Source of the DNA: Parcubacteria group bacterium Gr01-1014_33
GTDB taxonomy: Bacteria > Patescibacteriota > Minisyncoccia > Sungbacterales > HO2-52-23
Direction of reading: 5' to 3'
Length of the DNA: 48,272 nucleotides
Assembly: GCA_007376125.1 (NCBI GenBank)
Contig: VMFQ01000016.1
Coordinates: 1 to 48,272, forward strand
The notes below the pieces were generated by a model. That model was given only the letters and a program-made list of their open reading frames with translations. It made no database searches and was not told the origin of the DNA. The stretch's first letter is position 1, and each line of letters begins with the position of its first letter. Positions 39,788 to 48,022 of this stretch are shown here, piece after piece. A program made the translations under genes and the position numbers.

Positions 39788-41500
39788 TCACATCTCCTCC
39801 GGAGCGTCAATGCCTAAAAGTGAAAGCCCTTTTGCGAGCGTGAGCGCGACAAGAGAAATAAGCGAGAGACGAAATTGTTTTTTTGCGGGATCGCTTTCCT
39901 GCAGAACCGGATGCGAATGATAAAATTCGTTCGCAAGTTTTGCAAGATTATAAAGGTAGTTCGCCAGGATATTAGGCATAAAATCTTCAAGCGCGTCTTC
40001 TATGGTTTCGCCCAACCGGAGCCCTGCGGCAACAAGCCGGTGTTCAAGAGAATCAAGTCCTATCGTGTTAGACACCGAGTGTTCAACATCTTGATCGGTT
40101 GTTTTACGCAAAATGCTTTTAAGCCGCGCATAAGTATATTGGATATACGGACCGGTATTCCCCTCAAACGAAAGCGCCTCGTCCCACTTGAATATAATAT
40201 CCGAGCGGCGGTTATGAGAAAGATCAAAATATTTTAATGCGCCAATCCCCACTTTGTGAGCCACTACATTTGCATTTTCCAAATCTGGATTTTTTTCTTT
40301 AATCACTTCCCGCGCGCGGTGAATCGCCTCATCGCAAACTGCCTCAAGCGAAATTATATTTCCCGCGCGCGTACTTATCGCGCCGGTCGGAAGCGACATA
40401 AAACCATATTCAACATGCTCGCTCTCATTCACTCCCTCAAATCTCAAGAGTTCAGCAACCCGAAATACCTGCTTGAAATGATGCGATTGGCGGACATCCA
40501 CAAGATATAAATTTTTCCAAAAGTTCCAGTGTTCTTTTCTATACTTAATAGTAGCGAGATCGCGCAAGAGATATGTGGACGCACCATCAGATTTAACAAG
40601 AATAGCTTGATCCAACCCTTCATTTTCTAAATCAACTATAACCGCTCCCTCTTCTGTTTTCTTTGCCACGCCTTTTTCTAGAGTAAGCGTAACAATCGCG
40701 GGCATATCGTTTTCATACGAGCTCTCGCCTTTGTGTTCGTCAAATGAAAGAAGCCCGAGACGCGAGGCACTCTCTTCAAGTTTTTCCATTGAAATCTCCA
40801 CCATCCATTGCCATATTTTCCGATTCTCGGTATCACCTTTTTCGAGCTTCGCAAATTCGGCTTTTCCAAACTCATTCGCATTTTCATCTTTGTTTGCCGT
40901 CTGATACAATACTTCAAGCTGGCTAAACGGATCTTCCTCTATTTTCTTTTTGGTGTCCTTATCCGCCTGTTTATACGCCCAAAGTAAAATCCCGAATTGC
41001 GTTCCCCAGTCGCCCACATGGGTATCCGAAACCGCATGATATCCTTGCGAGTCTAACGTCCGTTTGATTGCGTCTCCAATGACCGCGGATCGCAAGTGCC
41101 CGACGTGCGGCCGCTTGGCAATATTCAGCTGCAAATATTCAACCATTACTGTTTTGCCTTGCCCGTCTTTACTTTTGCCCCATTCATCAGGATTTTGTAA
41201 AACGCCTTCTATCCGCGCAAGCAATTCTTTATCTGATAGTATAAAATTTATAAACCCGGGGGGCACGACTTCAATTTTCCTAAGTTCCGGATTCTTTGCC
41301 TCAAGTTCCACAGAAAGAAGAGCCACAATTTCCATCGGGCTTTGTTTGAGAGTATGCGCCAAAATCAGCGCGGCGTTTGTCGCGTAATCCCCATGCTCCG
41401 GATTTTCCGGAATTTCAACCGAAAACTCGGGTATTGCAATATCCCCGAATTTATTTCGTATCGCTTCCGAAATTGCATTTTTGAGATTGGCGCGTAGCAT
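39788..41500 (-). CDS. argS: Arginyl-tRNA synthetase
   Basis: 570 aa with NIAKRPHVGHLRSAVIGD (HIGH-type), the catalytic core and the DALR anticodon-binding C-terminus. Confidence 0.92.
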   Translation of the reverse strand: MLRANLKNAISEAIRNKFGDIAIPEFSVEIPENPEHGDYATNAALILAHTLKQSPMEIVALLSVELEAKNPELRKIEVVPPGFINFILSDKELLARIEGVLQNPDEWGKSKDGQGKTVMVEYLQLNIAKRPHVGHLRSAVIGDAIKRTLDSQGYHAVSDTHVGDWGTQFGILLWAYKQADKDTKKKIEEDPFSQLEVLYQTANKDENANEFGKAEFAKLEKGDTENRKIWQWMVEISMEKLEESASRLGLLSFDEHKGESSYENDMPAIVTLTLEKGVAKKTEEGAVIVDLENEGLDQAILVKSDGASTYLLRDLATIKYRKEHWNFWKNLYLVDVRQSHHFKQVFRVAELLRFEGVNESEHVEYGFMSLPTGAISTRAGNIISLEAVCDEAIHRAREVIKEKNPDLENANVVAHKVGIGALKYFDLSHNRRSDIIFKWDEALSFEGNTGPYIQYTYARLKSILRKTTDQDVEHSVSNTIGLDSLEHRLVAAGLRLGETIEDALEDFMPNILANYLYNLAKLANEFYHSHPVLQESDPAKKQFRLSLISLVALTLAKGLSLLGIDAPEEM

Positions 41501-41523
41501 AAAAATACTCTACAAAATTTTAC

Positions 41524-41548
41524 AAAAAATAAAAGGACTAAAGGTCCT
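41524..41548 (-). terminator. Rho-independent terminator after hepT
   Basis: Minus strand: AGGAC-CTTTA-GTCCT followed by TTTTATTTTTT. Confidence 0.5.
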
Positions 41549-41577
41549 GCGTATGAAAGCTGTGAAGCGGCAGAGTG

Positions 41578-41922
41578 CTATTCGGATAGTTTTGCGAGAA
41601 TGTTCTCTACATGCATCTTGAATATCGGGAGATCCTTCTCAATCGTGTTCCATACCATCTCCACATCAACGCCGAAATATTCGTGGATAAGAATATCTCG
41701 CATTCCCGCGATATTGTTCCATGGGATTTGCGCATATTGTTGCCGCACCTCAACGGGCAAGTTTTTTGTTGCCTCGCTAATAATCGCAAGCCGCCTCATC
41801 ACCGCATCCTGCGTTTGCATGGAGGCAACGAATTCTTCTTTGGAGATACCTTTCGCATAGCGCTCTATCCATTCAATACTCTCCAAAATATGCCGAAGAA
41901 GTATTCTTGAATTCTTATCCAT
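41578..41922 (-). CDS. hepT: HepT-type HEPN toxin (DUF86)
   Basis: Rx4H motif GMRDILIHEYFGVD. Confidence 0.85.
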   Translation of the reverse strand: MDKNSRILLRHILESIEWIERYAKGISKEEFVASMQTQDAVMRRLAIISEATKNLPVEVRQQYAQIPWNNIAGMRDILIHEYFGVDVEMVWNTIEKDLPIFKMHVENILAKLSE

Positions 41923-42232
41923 ACAAAGAAATCTGCCCCCGCAAGATGGAATCTTGCAGGAGCGGCGAGAGAGATTGATAAGTGATCACATCAACCTTCA
42001 TCCCAAGCGCCTGTTCTAATTGGGTCTTAAGCGACGCCAAGTCAAGGAGCGTTTTTTGCCCCTCAAACTCTACCAAGAGATCAATGTCACTTGCACTGGT
42101 CGCCTCACCTCTTGCAAAGGAACCGAAAACAGCCGCGCGCCTCACGCCTGCGTGTCGCAAGATTATATTCGCTCGTTGCTTTATGTCTTCAACACTATTC
42201 ATGTTTTTATGATACCATACTTCTCCACTCAT
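41915..42232 (-). CDS. mntA: MntA-type nucleotidyltransferase antitoxin
   Basis: FGSFARGEATSASDIDLLVEF (GSx10DxD). There is an 8-nt overlap with hepT. Confidence 0.85.
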   Translation of the reverse strand: MSGEVWYHKNMNSVEDIKQRANIILRHAGVRRAAVFGSFARGEATSASDIDLLVEFEGQKTLLDLASLKTQLEQALGMKVDVITYQSLSPLLQDSILRGQISLYG

Positions 42233-42277
42233 GAGAAGCTCAATAAAAGGTAGCCCTCACAGCCCAACTTTTTCGAC

Positions 42278-42391
42278 TTATATGCGCGACGAATTTTCCG
42301 GAACAGAAACCGAAAACATGGGCATTGCAACATCCCCGAATTTTTCGGAAATCGCGTCCTGAATCACATGTGTCAGTTGCGCACGTACCAT
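42278..42391 (-). pseudogene. argS: argS 5' remnant (37 codons)
   Basis: MVRAQLTHVIQDAISEKFGDVAMPMFSVSVPEN, against intact MLRANLKNAISEAIRNKFGDIAIPEFSVEIPEN. Confidence 0.8.
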
Positions 42392-42528
42392 AATAGGTAG
42401 ATTAGCAGAGTTTGGACAAAACAAAAAGACCCCGTATCTTTTGGATATATTTCCGCCAATCAGCATACGACCCGATGTATTATAATTTATTCTACTATTT
42501 GTTTACGATCGTGAGTAATATGATTGAA

Positions 42529-42554
42529 TAAAAAAGGCCCGAAGACCTTTTTTC
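42529..42554 (-). terminator. Terminator-like hairpin after the RHH gene
   Basis: AAAAAGG-N8-CCTTTTT with A and T tracts on both sides. Confidence 0.4.
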
Positions 42555-42576
42555 AAAAATTGGTATTTCACAAACC

Positions 42577-42819
42577 TTACTTCTGCCGTTGCTTAAGAAA
42601 TGGTATCAATACCTCACGAACCCCTTCTGGTCTTTCGAGGCAAATTTTATTCCCCTTCCCTATTTCGTCAGCTGCCCACTGAAGAAGCCGCAAGGCATAC
42701 CGGATAGTTTGTGATCGAGAAGGTGCTTTAATCTTTCTCTGAAGCAAATCGAGATCAGTAATATCTTCATCTGTAAGATTCAACTGGAGTTTCTTACCCT
42801 GGTTTTTAGTTTCTGCCAT
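42577..42819 (-). CDS. Ribbon-helix-helix (CopG/Arc-like) protein, orphan antitoxin-like
   Basis: KKLQLNLTDEDITDLDLL...SRSQTIRYALRLL. Confidence 0.55.
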   Translation of the reverse strand: MAETKNQGKKLQLNLTDEDITDLDLLQRKIKAPSRSQTIRYALRLLQWAADEIGKGNKICLERPEGVREVLIPFLKQRQK

Positions 42820-42886
42820 TTATGTACCTCCTTTACATACATATAAATGAACATTGCGAAAAAGTGTGCTATGGTAATGGTATATC

Positions 42887-43375
42887 ATGTCCGACCTCTC
42901 TGTCAATCGCCGCGCACATTTTGACTACGAAATCCTCGCAACCTACGAGGCGGGAATTGAGTTGCTCGGATTTGAAGTAAAAGCGGTGAAAACCGGGCGG
43001 ATGAATTTGGCTGGGGCATTTGTCGTAATCCGCGGAGAAGAGGCCCACCCCCACACTAAAACGCAAAAACGTTTTAGTGTGGGGGCATGGCTCTTAAATG
43101 CGGCGATTGCCCCGTATCAGCCGAAAAATACGCCTGCGGATTATGAGCCCACGCGCTCGCGGCGGCTACTTTTGCATAAATCCGAAATTAAAGAACTACT
43201 TGGCCAGACAAGCCAAAAAGGTTTGACAATCATACCCTTAAAAGTGTATACTAAAAGAAATCGCGTGAAGGTCTTGATCGGCATTGCCCGCAGTAAAAAG
43301 AAAGGCGACAAGCGGGAAGTTATCAAACGAAGAGAAGCATCGCGCGAGATTGATCGCACGTTGAAACGGGGGTGA
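42887..43375 (+). CDS. smpB: SsrA-binding protein with a 14-aa insertion
   Basis: NRRAHFDYEILATYEAGIELLGFEVK and GARLLLHKSEIKEL-type motifs. tmRNA lies immediately downstream. Confidence 0.92.
   Translation: MSDLSVNRRAHFDYEILATYEAGIELLGFEVKAVKTGRMNLAGAFVVIRGEEAHPHTKTQKRFSVGAWLLNAAIAPYQPKNTPADYEPTRSRRLLLHKSEIKELLGQTSQKGLTIIPLKVYTKRNRVKVLIGIARSKKKGDKREVIKRREASREIDRTLKRG
43048..43085. repeat. Perfect 16-bp-stem hairpin inserted in frame in smpB
   Basis: CCCCCACACTAAAACG-CAAAAA-CGTTTTAGTGTGGGGG. It encodes the extra HPHTKTQKRFSVG between GEEA and WLLNAAIAPY. Confidence 0.8.
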
Positions 43376-43727
43376 CGGGATTCGACGGGTTTTGACCTTA
43401 TGGAAATCAGGTGGGAGAAGTACGGTATCTCCATAAATCTTCCGTACATCCAAATAAGTGCAAACTTATTTAACTCTTTTGGACGCCAACCCGCAATGGC
43501 GGTAGCGTAACAAAAGATCCCTATTCCGCCTCGCGCGGAGTAGCATCGGCTGGCTCACGCTCGTATGGCCAATCACCGGTGTTATATATCGAGCTTGACT
43601 CTTCCGACACTTGATGAGAAGAGCGACCCATATCAAGTAAATCCGTTCTCGCTTCGGCAAGGACTAAACCTGTATAAATTTCCATTGGGGAAAAATTCGG
43701 ATGGGAGTCCGACTCTCCCCACCTCCA
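43368..43727 (+). ncRNA. ssrA: tmRNA (SsrA)
   Basis: 5' end GGGGGTGACGGGATTCGACGGG. 3' T-arm GGGAG-TCCGACT-CTCCC plus acceptor CACCTCC-A. G3:U wobble in the acceptor stem. Tag ORF GCA..TAA (43460..43510) encodes ANLFNSFGRQPAMAVA. Confidence 0.9.
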
Positions 43728-43910
43728 CTTCATACAGAAAATAGAATAAAAAGTGAACTCCATTTTCTATTTTCTCACTTTCCAATCCAAAAACGCTACC
43801 GAATAAACCCCGCGCCTTTCTTTGCGCAGTACATACCGCACATTACTTTTATAAATTGAACGGGAGATATTAGAGAAGCCGCTACTTGCACAAGGAAAGG
43901 TGCGGGGTAA

Positions 43911-44009
43911 ATCATCACCATACAGAGACGTTATCGCATAAACCACTTTATACGAATATCACCTGTCCGCGTGATTGACGAGGACGGGAAAAACCTCGGG
44001 GAAGTTTAA
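43911..44009 (+). pseudogene. infC: infC N-terminal piece (non-ATG start region)
   Basis: ...RRYRINHFIRISPVRVIDEDGKNLGEV-stop. The only starts available are ATC/ATA, consistent with the unusual IF3 start codons. Confidence 0.6.
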
Positions 44010-44319
44010 GTATGACCGCGAGAAAGGAGAACGCGAACATGGCAAAAAGCAAAAGGAAACAGGCATAAAAGGAATTCGGATCGGATTTACCACGGGCACA
44101 CATGATTTGGAATTACGCGCCAAGAAAGCAAAAGAATTTCTTGAAGAAGGCGACAAAGTGCGGATTGACATGCGACTTGCCGGAAGGCAAAAAGCCCATC
44201 GCCCGCTTGCGCTTAAAAAATTCAATGAATTTCTCAATATGATCATGGTTGAATTTACCCTTGAGATGCCACCCAAAAACTCTCCTCAAGGAATAGGCGC
44301 GGTGATCACAAAAAAGTAG
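43975..44319 (+). CDS. infC: Translation initiation factor IF-3, linker plus C-terminal domain (frame-broken from the N-terminal piece)
   Basis: GKFKYDREKGEREHGKKQKE linker, then IKGIRIGFTTGTHDLELRAKKAKEFLEEGDKVRIDMRLAGRQ. Confidence 0.8.
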   Translation: MTRTGKTSGKFKYDREKGEREHGKKQKETGIKGIRIGFTTGTHDLELRAKKAKEFLEEGDKVRIDMRLAGRQKAHRPLALKKFNEFLNMIMVEFTLEMPPKNSPQGIGAVITKK

Positions 44320-44332
44320 TAATCGCGAATAC

Positions 44333-44417
44333 ACGAATCAAACGCAAATATACGAATGGGAATTCTTTTTCGTATATTCGTATATTAATCTTACATTCGT
44401 ATATTCGCGAATACTCT
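44333..44417 (+). repeat. 85-nt structured leader element, copy A (directly upstream of rpmI)
   Basis: acgaatcaaacgcaaatatacgaatg...cattcgtatattcgcgaatactct-ATG. Its internal arms GCAAATATACGAATG/CATTCGTATATTCGC pair. A second copy lies at 48023..48105. Confidence 0.75.
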
Positions 44418-44591
44418 ATGCGAAAAGCAGTTCTCAAACGAATCAAAATAACCAAAACCGGAAAACTGCTTCGCCGCCGCGCGGGGCAGAATCATTTTAA
44501 TTCAAAAGAGGCGCGGCACACCCAGCTTCGAAAAAAAGGGCTGAAAGGATTTAGTCCCACGATGGAGAAGAGAATGAGAGCATACATTTAG
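44418..44591 (+). CDS. rpmI: 50S ribosomal protein L35
   Basis: MRKAVLKRIKITKTGKLLRRRAGQNHFNSKEARHTQLRKKG... (57 aa, below the ORF-track cutoff). It sits between infC and rplT. Confidence 0.85.
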   Translation: MRKAVLKRIKITKTGKLLRRRAGQNHFNSKEARHTQLRKKGLKGFSPTMEKRMRAYI

Positions 44592-44669
44592 CTTCCCGAA
44601 TAGCATCACTAATTACCACGAATTATTCGCGAAGAATTCGGGGAAATTCGAGCATATATTTGTGAAATT

Positions 44670-45014
44670 ATGGTTCGAGTCAAACGGGGCGTTATTGCCC
44701 ATAAACGAAGAGAAAAAATCCTCAAATACACAAAAGGATTTAAATGGGGGCGGAAATCAAAAGAACGTTTTGCGAAAGACGCGCTTCTGCATGCGTGGTC
44801 ACATGCGTTTGTCGGGAGAAAACTAAAGAAGCGGAATGCGCGCCGGCTCTGGCAGACAAAAATTGGCGCAGGCGCGCGAACGCACGGCATATCGTATAGC
44901 GCGCTCATGGGAAAACTAAAGAAAAAAGATGTCGCGCTTGACCGAAAAATACTCGCGGCTATCGCCGAGTTGCATCCTGAGGTATTTAAGAAGATTCTCG
45001 AGAAAGTGAAATAG
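44670..45014 (+). CDS. rplT: 50S ribosomal protein L20
   Basis: MVRVKRGVIAHKRREKILKYTKGFKWGRK... Confidence 0.93.
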   Translation: MVRVKRGVIAHKRREKILKYTKGFKWGRKSKERFAKDALLHAWSHAFVGRKLKKRNARRLWQTKIGAGARTHGISYSALMGKLKKKDVALDRKILAAIAELHPEVFKKILEKVK

Positions 45015-45033
45015 AGTAAAATTCTATACAAAA

Positions 45034-45059
45034 ATCCCTCCGCCTCAAAACGGAAGGAT
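45034..45059. terminator. Bidirectional terminator between rplT and the ZIP gene
   Basis: ATCCCTCCG-N8-CGGAAGGAT, flanked by an A-run and a T-run. Confidence 0.6.
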
Positions 45060-45080
45060 TTTTTCTTATCTTTAAAGGAA

Positions 45081-45881
45081 TTACTCAAAAATGAAATGCG
45101 GCATCACAACGAGAAGCACTCCGATGGAGATGAAAAGAAGTTGGGCAAGAGAGTGGCGGAGGCGGGTGGACTCGTGAAGTTCCGGCATAAGATCGGTTGC
45201 GGCAAGATAGATAAAATTTCCCGCAACAAGCGCAAGGGCAATGGGTAAAATTGGCTCAAGAAAAGCTCCGAATATGTAGGTCAGAACCGCACCCAAAATT
45301 GTTGAAAGCGAAACGAAAAAGTTATACAAAAGCGCGCGGCTCTGCGCCATTCCTCCGTGAATTAACACCCCAAAATCTCCGATCTCTTGCGGTATCTCAT
45401 GGAATATCACTGCCATAGTAGTAAATATACCAAGCCGAGGATCTGCCAAGAATGCAAGCGCAATAATAATACCGTCAATGAAGTTATGCAGAAAATCTCC
45501 CCAGAGAATAAGGTAAGTATAGGTATGAACCGGACAATGCCCGTCGTGGCAATGATACCAAAAAAGAAACTTTTCAAGCACAAAAAAAAGAAAAATGCCT
45601 GCAAGTACAAAGGAAAGCACCAATTCCACTGCGCCGAAATTAATTACATGTACGATTTCATTCCCTATTAATGAGTCAGTGCCCAGATCTCCTGCCATCT
45701 TAATCGCTTCCGGAATCAATTCAAGAAATGCGACTCCCAAAAGCGCGCCAATCGCAAAGCTCACAATAAAGTGCGCGCCCCGTCTTATTCTCTCTTCTTC
45801 AAATATCGCAAGTGCACCGCCTGCGAATGAAACAACGCTTTCGGCGATAGAGGCTAACATTATCATCACAAGTGGTGTCAT
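45081..45881 (-). CDS. ZIP-family divalent metal transporter (ZupT-like)
   Basis: HEIPQEIGDFGVLIHGGM and HNFIDGIII motifs, with about 8 TM helices. Confidence 0.85.
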   Translation of the reverse strand: MTPLVMIMLASIAESVVSFAGGALAIFEEERIRRGAHFIVSFAIGALLGVAFLELIPEAIKMAGDLGTDSLIGNEIVHVINFGAVELVLSFVLAGIFLFFVLEKFLFWYHCHDGHCPVHTYTYLILWGDFLHNFIDGIIIALAFLADPRLGIFTTMAVIFHEIPQEIGDFGVLIHGGMAQSRALLYNFFVSLSTILGAVLTYIFGAFLEPILPIALALVAGNFIYLAATDLMPELHESTRLRHSLAQLLFISIGVLLVVMPHFIFE

Positions 45882-45918
45882 AATCAGTTTTTACTTGAGT
45901 AAGAAAAAGTTTGCATTT

Positions 45919-46143
45919 TTAAGATTGCATTTTTGCAACTCCTGTTTCTTCTTTTACTTCGCGCCGCACCGTCTTTTCTGTGGTCTCTCCTTTTTCAATA
46001 TGCCCTTTTGGAAAATCCCAATGGCCCAGTTTTGACTTTCCTGTTTTTTTATCCGCCTCGTCGGTATGTTGCAAAAGGAGATATTCTCTTCCCTTTTTTG
46101 TTTCGCGAAATATGACTGCACCGGCAGAACGTTCTATTGGCAT
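45919..46143 (-). pseudogene. N-terminal half of a Nudix hydrolase, truncated just after the Nudix box
   Basis: SAGAVIFRE...GHWDFPKGHIEKGETTEKTVRREVKEETGV, then AKMQS-stop. The junction carries the direct repeat AAAAATGCAA x2. Confidence 0.6.
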
Positions 46144-46297
46144 ACGGTTGATTTTTATTGTATGGTCTATTAAAATTGCGGTAAGAAACGAATGATCGTG
46201 TCAGCATCTTCAGCATCTTTTCCGCAGGCCACGCATTTATAATATTTTTCTTCTCCGCCCTAAACCCGCATTGCGGGTCGGGCGACGCAACACACGA

Positions 46298-48022
46298 CTA
46301 TCTTTCCTTAAGAAATTTAAGCATCTCCTTCAAAGGATGCGCATTGATAATATCTCCGCGTGTAGCCCACCCCCGGCGGGCTTGTCCGATACCCATTTCC
46401 AGATACTTGAAATGATTCACCGAATGTGCGTCCGAATCAATCGCCATCTTCACGCCTGCGTCCACGCACTTTCGCACATATTCATCTTTTATATCAAGCC
46501 GATCCGGATATGCGTCAATTTCAAGCACAGTGTTGGTACGACGCGCCGCTTTAATGATCTCGTCAATATCAAGCTCAATAGGTCCGCGCTTATGTATCAC
46601 CCGCGTGGTTAAGTGAAAAATAATGTCCACATTCGGATTTTCCATTGCGCGGATTATACGTTTTGTCTGTTCGGCGCGCGAAAGGGTAAAGTGGCTATGC
46701 GCCGCCGCGCCCGCTACATCAAGTTTTTTAAGCACGTCATCTTCAATATCAAGTGTTCCGTTTTTCATGATATTTACCTCCGCGCCTTTCAAAACTTTAA
46801 ACTTTAAATCTTTATACTTGCGATTGATTTTATCAATCGCCTCCATCTGCCGTAAAAGTTTTTTTTCGTCAGCCCCACCGGTCATCGCAAGCGACTTCGT
46901 ATGATCGGTGATCGCGATATAGCGAAGTCCCGCTGACATGGCGGCGCGCGCCATTTCCTCAATGGAATTTTCCCCGTCGGTCCAATCCGTTTGCATTTGG
47001 AGATCGCCTTGTATATCGCTGTAGCCGATTAATCTTGGCAATTTATTTTCTTGCGCCGCCTTTATTTCTCCCATATTCTCCCGCATTTCCGGCTCAATAT
47101 AGCGTAGTCCCAACTTTTCGTACACCTCTTCTTCCGTTCTCCCCGCAATCATCTTCTCTCCTTTGAAAAGCCCATATTCATTCAGTTTCCACCCTTTTTG
47201 TATCGCGATTTCGCGAAGCGCGATATTGTGCTCCTTTGATCCGGTAAAGTAATTCAACGCCGCGCCCCATGATTCTTTTGGCACCACTCGGAGATCCGCA
47301 TCAAGCCCGTTTTTTAATTTTACCAGGGTTTTGGTGGTGCCTTTCGCGTATACATGCGCTATGAACGGCAGTTTCAAAAATTGTTCCATCACACGCGCCG
47401 GTCTCTTCGAAGCCGCGAGAATATCTATATCTCCTATGGTTTCTTTCCTGCGGCGCACTGATCCGGCGACAAGCGCGCGCGCTACTTCGGGGAACAATTG
47501 AATCATTTTTTCAAGCGAACGAATTTCGGCAAGCGCGAACCCAAGCGCTTGCCTGCCGCCGGATTGTTTCAGAAATTCAATCCCCTTTAAAATTTTTTGT
47601 TCTGATTTTTCTCCAAAGCGTTCCAACGCGCGAATTTTTCCGGCGCGCGCGGCTTTTTCTAAATCGTTTACTGCGCGAACCCGAAGTTTTTCCCAAAGCA
47701 GTTTTACCATTTTGGGACCCACGCCTTCAATCGCAACAAGTCCCAACACGTCTATCGGATATTTTCTCTTAAAATCGCGGTACTCTTTGAAACTGCCTTT
47801 TTTAAAGAGTTCCTCAATATGCCCGGCAATGCCTTTGCCCACTCCGGGGATTTCCATGAGCGCGTCCGTTCCTCCGGTTTTGTAAATCTCCTCTGCCTCG
47901 CGCGCATACGTCTCAATTCCAAGCGCCGCCGCTTCGTATGCCTGCGGTTTGAACGAAACACCTTCCATTTCAAAAAACGCCGCTATCTCCCGAAGGATTT
48001 TTAAGATTTCTCGGTTGGTCAT
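46298..48022 (-). CDS. polX: Family X DNA polymerase with a C-terminal PHP domain
   Basis: HhH motifs IPGVGKGIA and IEGVGPKM, the pol-beta NT motif GSVRRRKETIGDIDIL, and PHP motifs ITDHT and AIDSDAH. Start at MTNREIL. Confidence 0.88.
   Translation of the reverse strand: MTNREILKILREIAAFFEMEGVSFKPQAYEAAALGIETYAREAEEIYKTGGTDALMEIPGVGKGIAGHIEELFKKGSFKEYRDFKRKYPIDVLGLVAIEGVGPKMVKLLWEKLRVRAVNDLEKAARAGKIRALERFGEKSEQKILKGIEFLKQSGGRQALGFALAEIRSLEKMIQLFPEVARALVAGSVRRRKETIGDIDILAASKRPARVMEQFLKLPFIAHVYAKGTTKTLVKLKNGLDADLRVVPKESWGAALNYFTGSKEHNIALREIAIQKGWKLNEYGLFKGEKMIAGRTEEEVYEKLGLRYIEPEMRENMGEIKAAQENKLPRLIGYSDIQGDLQMQTDWTDGENSIEEMARAAMSAGLRYIAITDHTKSLAMTGGADEKKLLRQMEAIDKINRKYKDLKFKVLKGAEVNIMKNGTLDIEDDVLKKLDVAGAAAHSHFTLSRAEQTKRIIRAMENPNVDIIFHLTTRVIHKRGPIELDIDEIIKAARRTNTVLEIDAYPDRLDIKDEYVRKCVDAGVKMAIDSDAHSVNHFKYLEMGIGQARRGWATRGDIINAHPLKEMLKFLKER

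Noticed and set aside
42278-42466. The 62-aa ORF, considered as a real gene
   Set aside because: Only residues from MVRAQL onward resemble anything (the ArgRS N-terminus), and it stops after 37 codons. It is treated as an argS remnant.
43466-43763. Minus-strand ORFs 43466..43660 and 43521..43763
   Set aside because: They lie entirely within the tmRNA gene and are antisense to it. They are spurious.
46150-46297. A Cys-containing fragment (EEKYYKCVACGKDAEDADTIIRFLPQF) between polX and the Nudix N-terminal half, considered as a small zinc-ribbon gene
   Set aside because: An in-frame TAG lies immediately upstream, with no start codon or RBS. At most it is another gene remnant, and the evidence is too weak to call.
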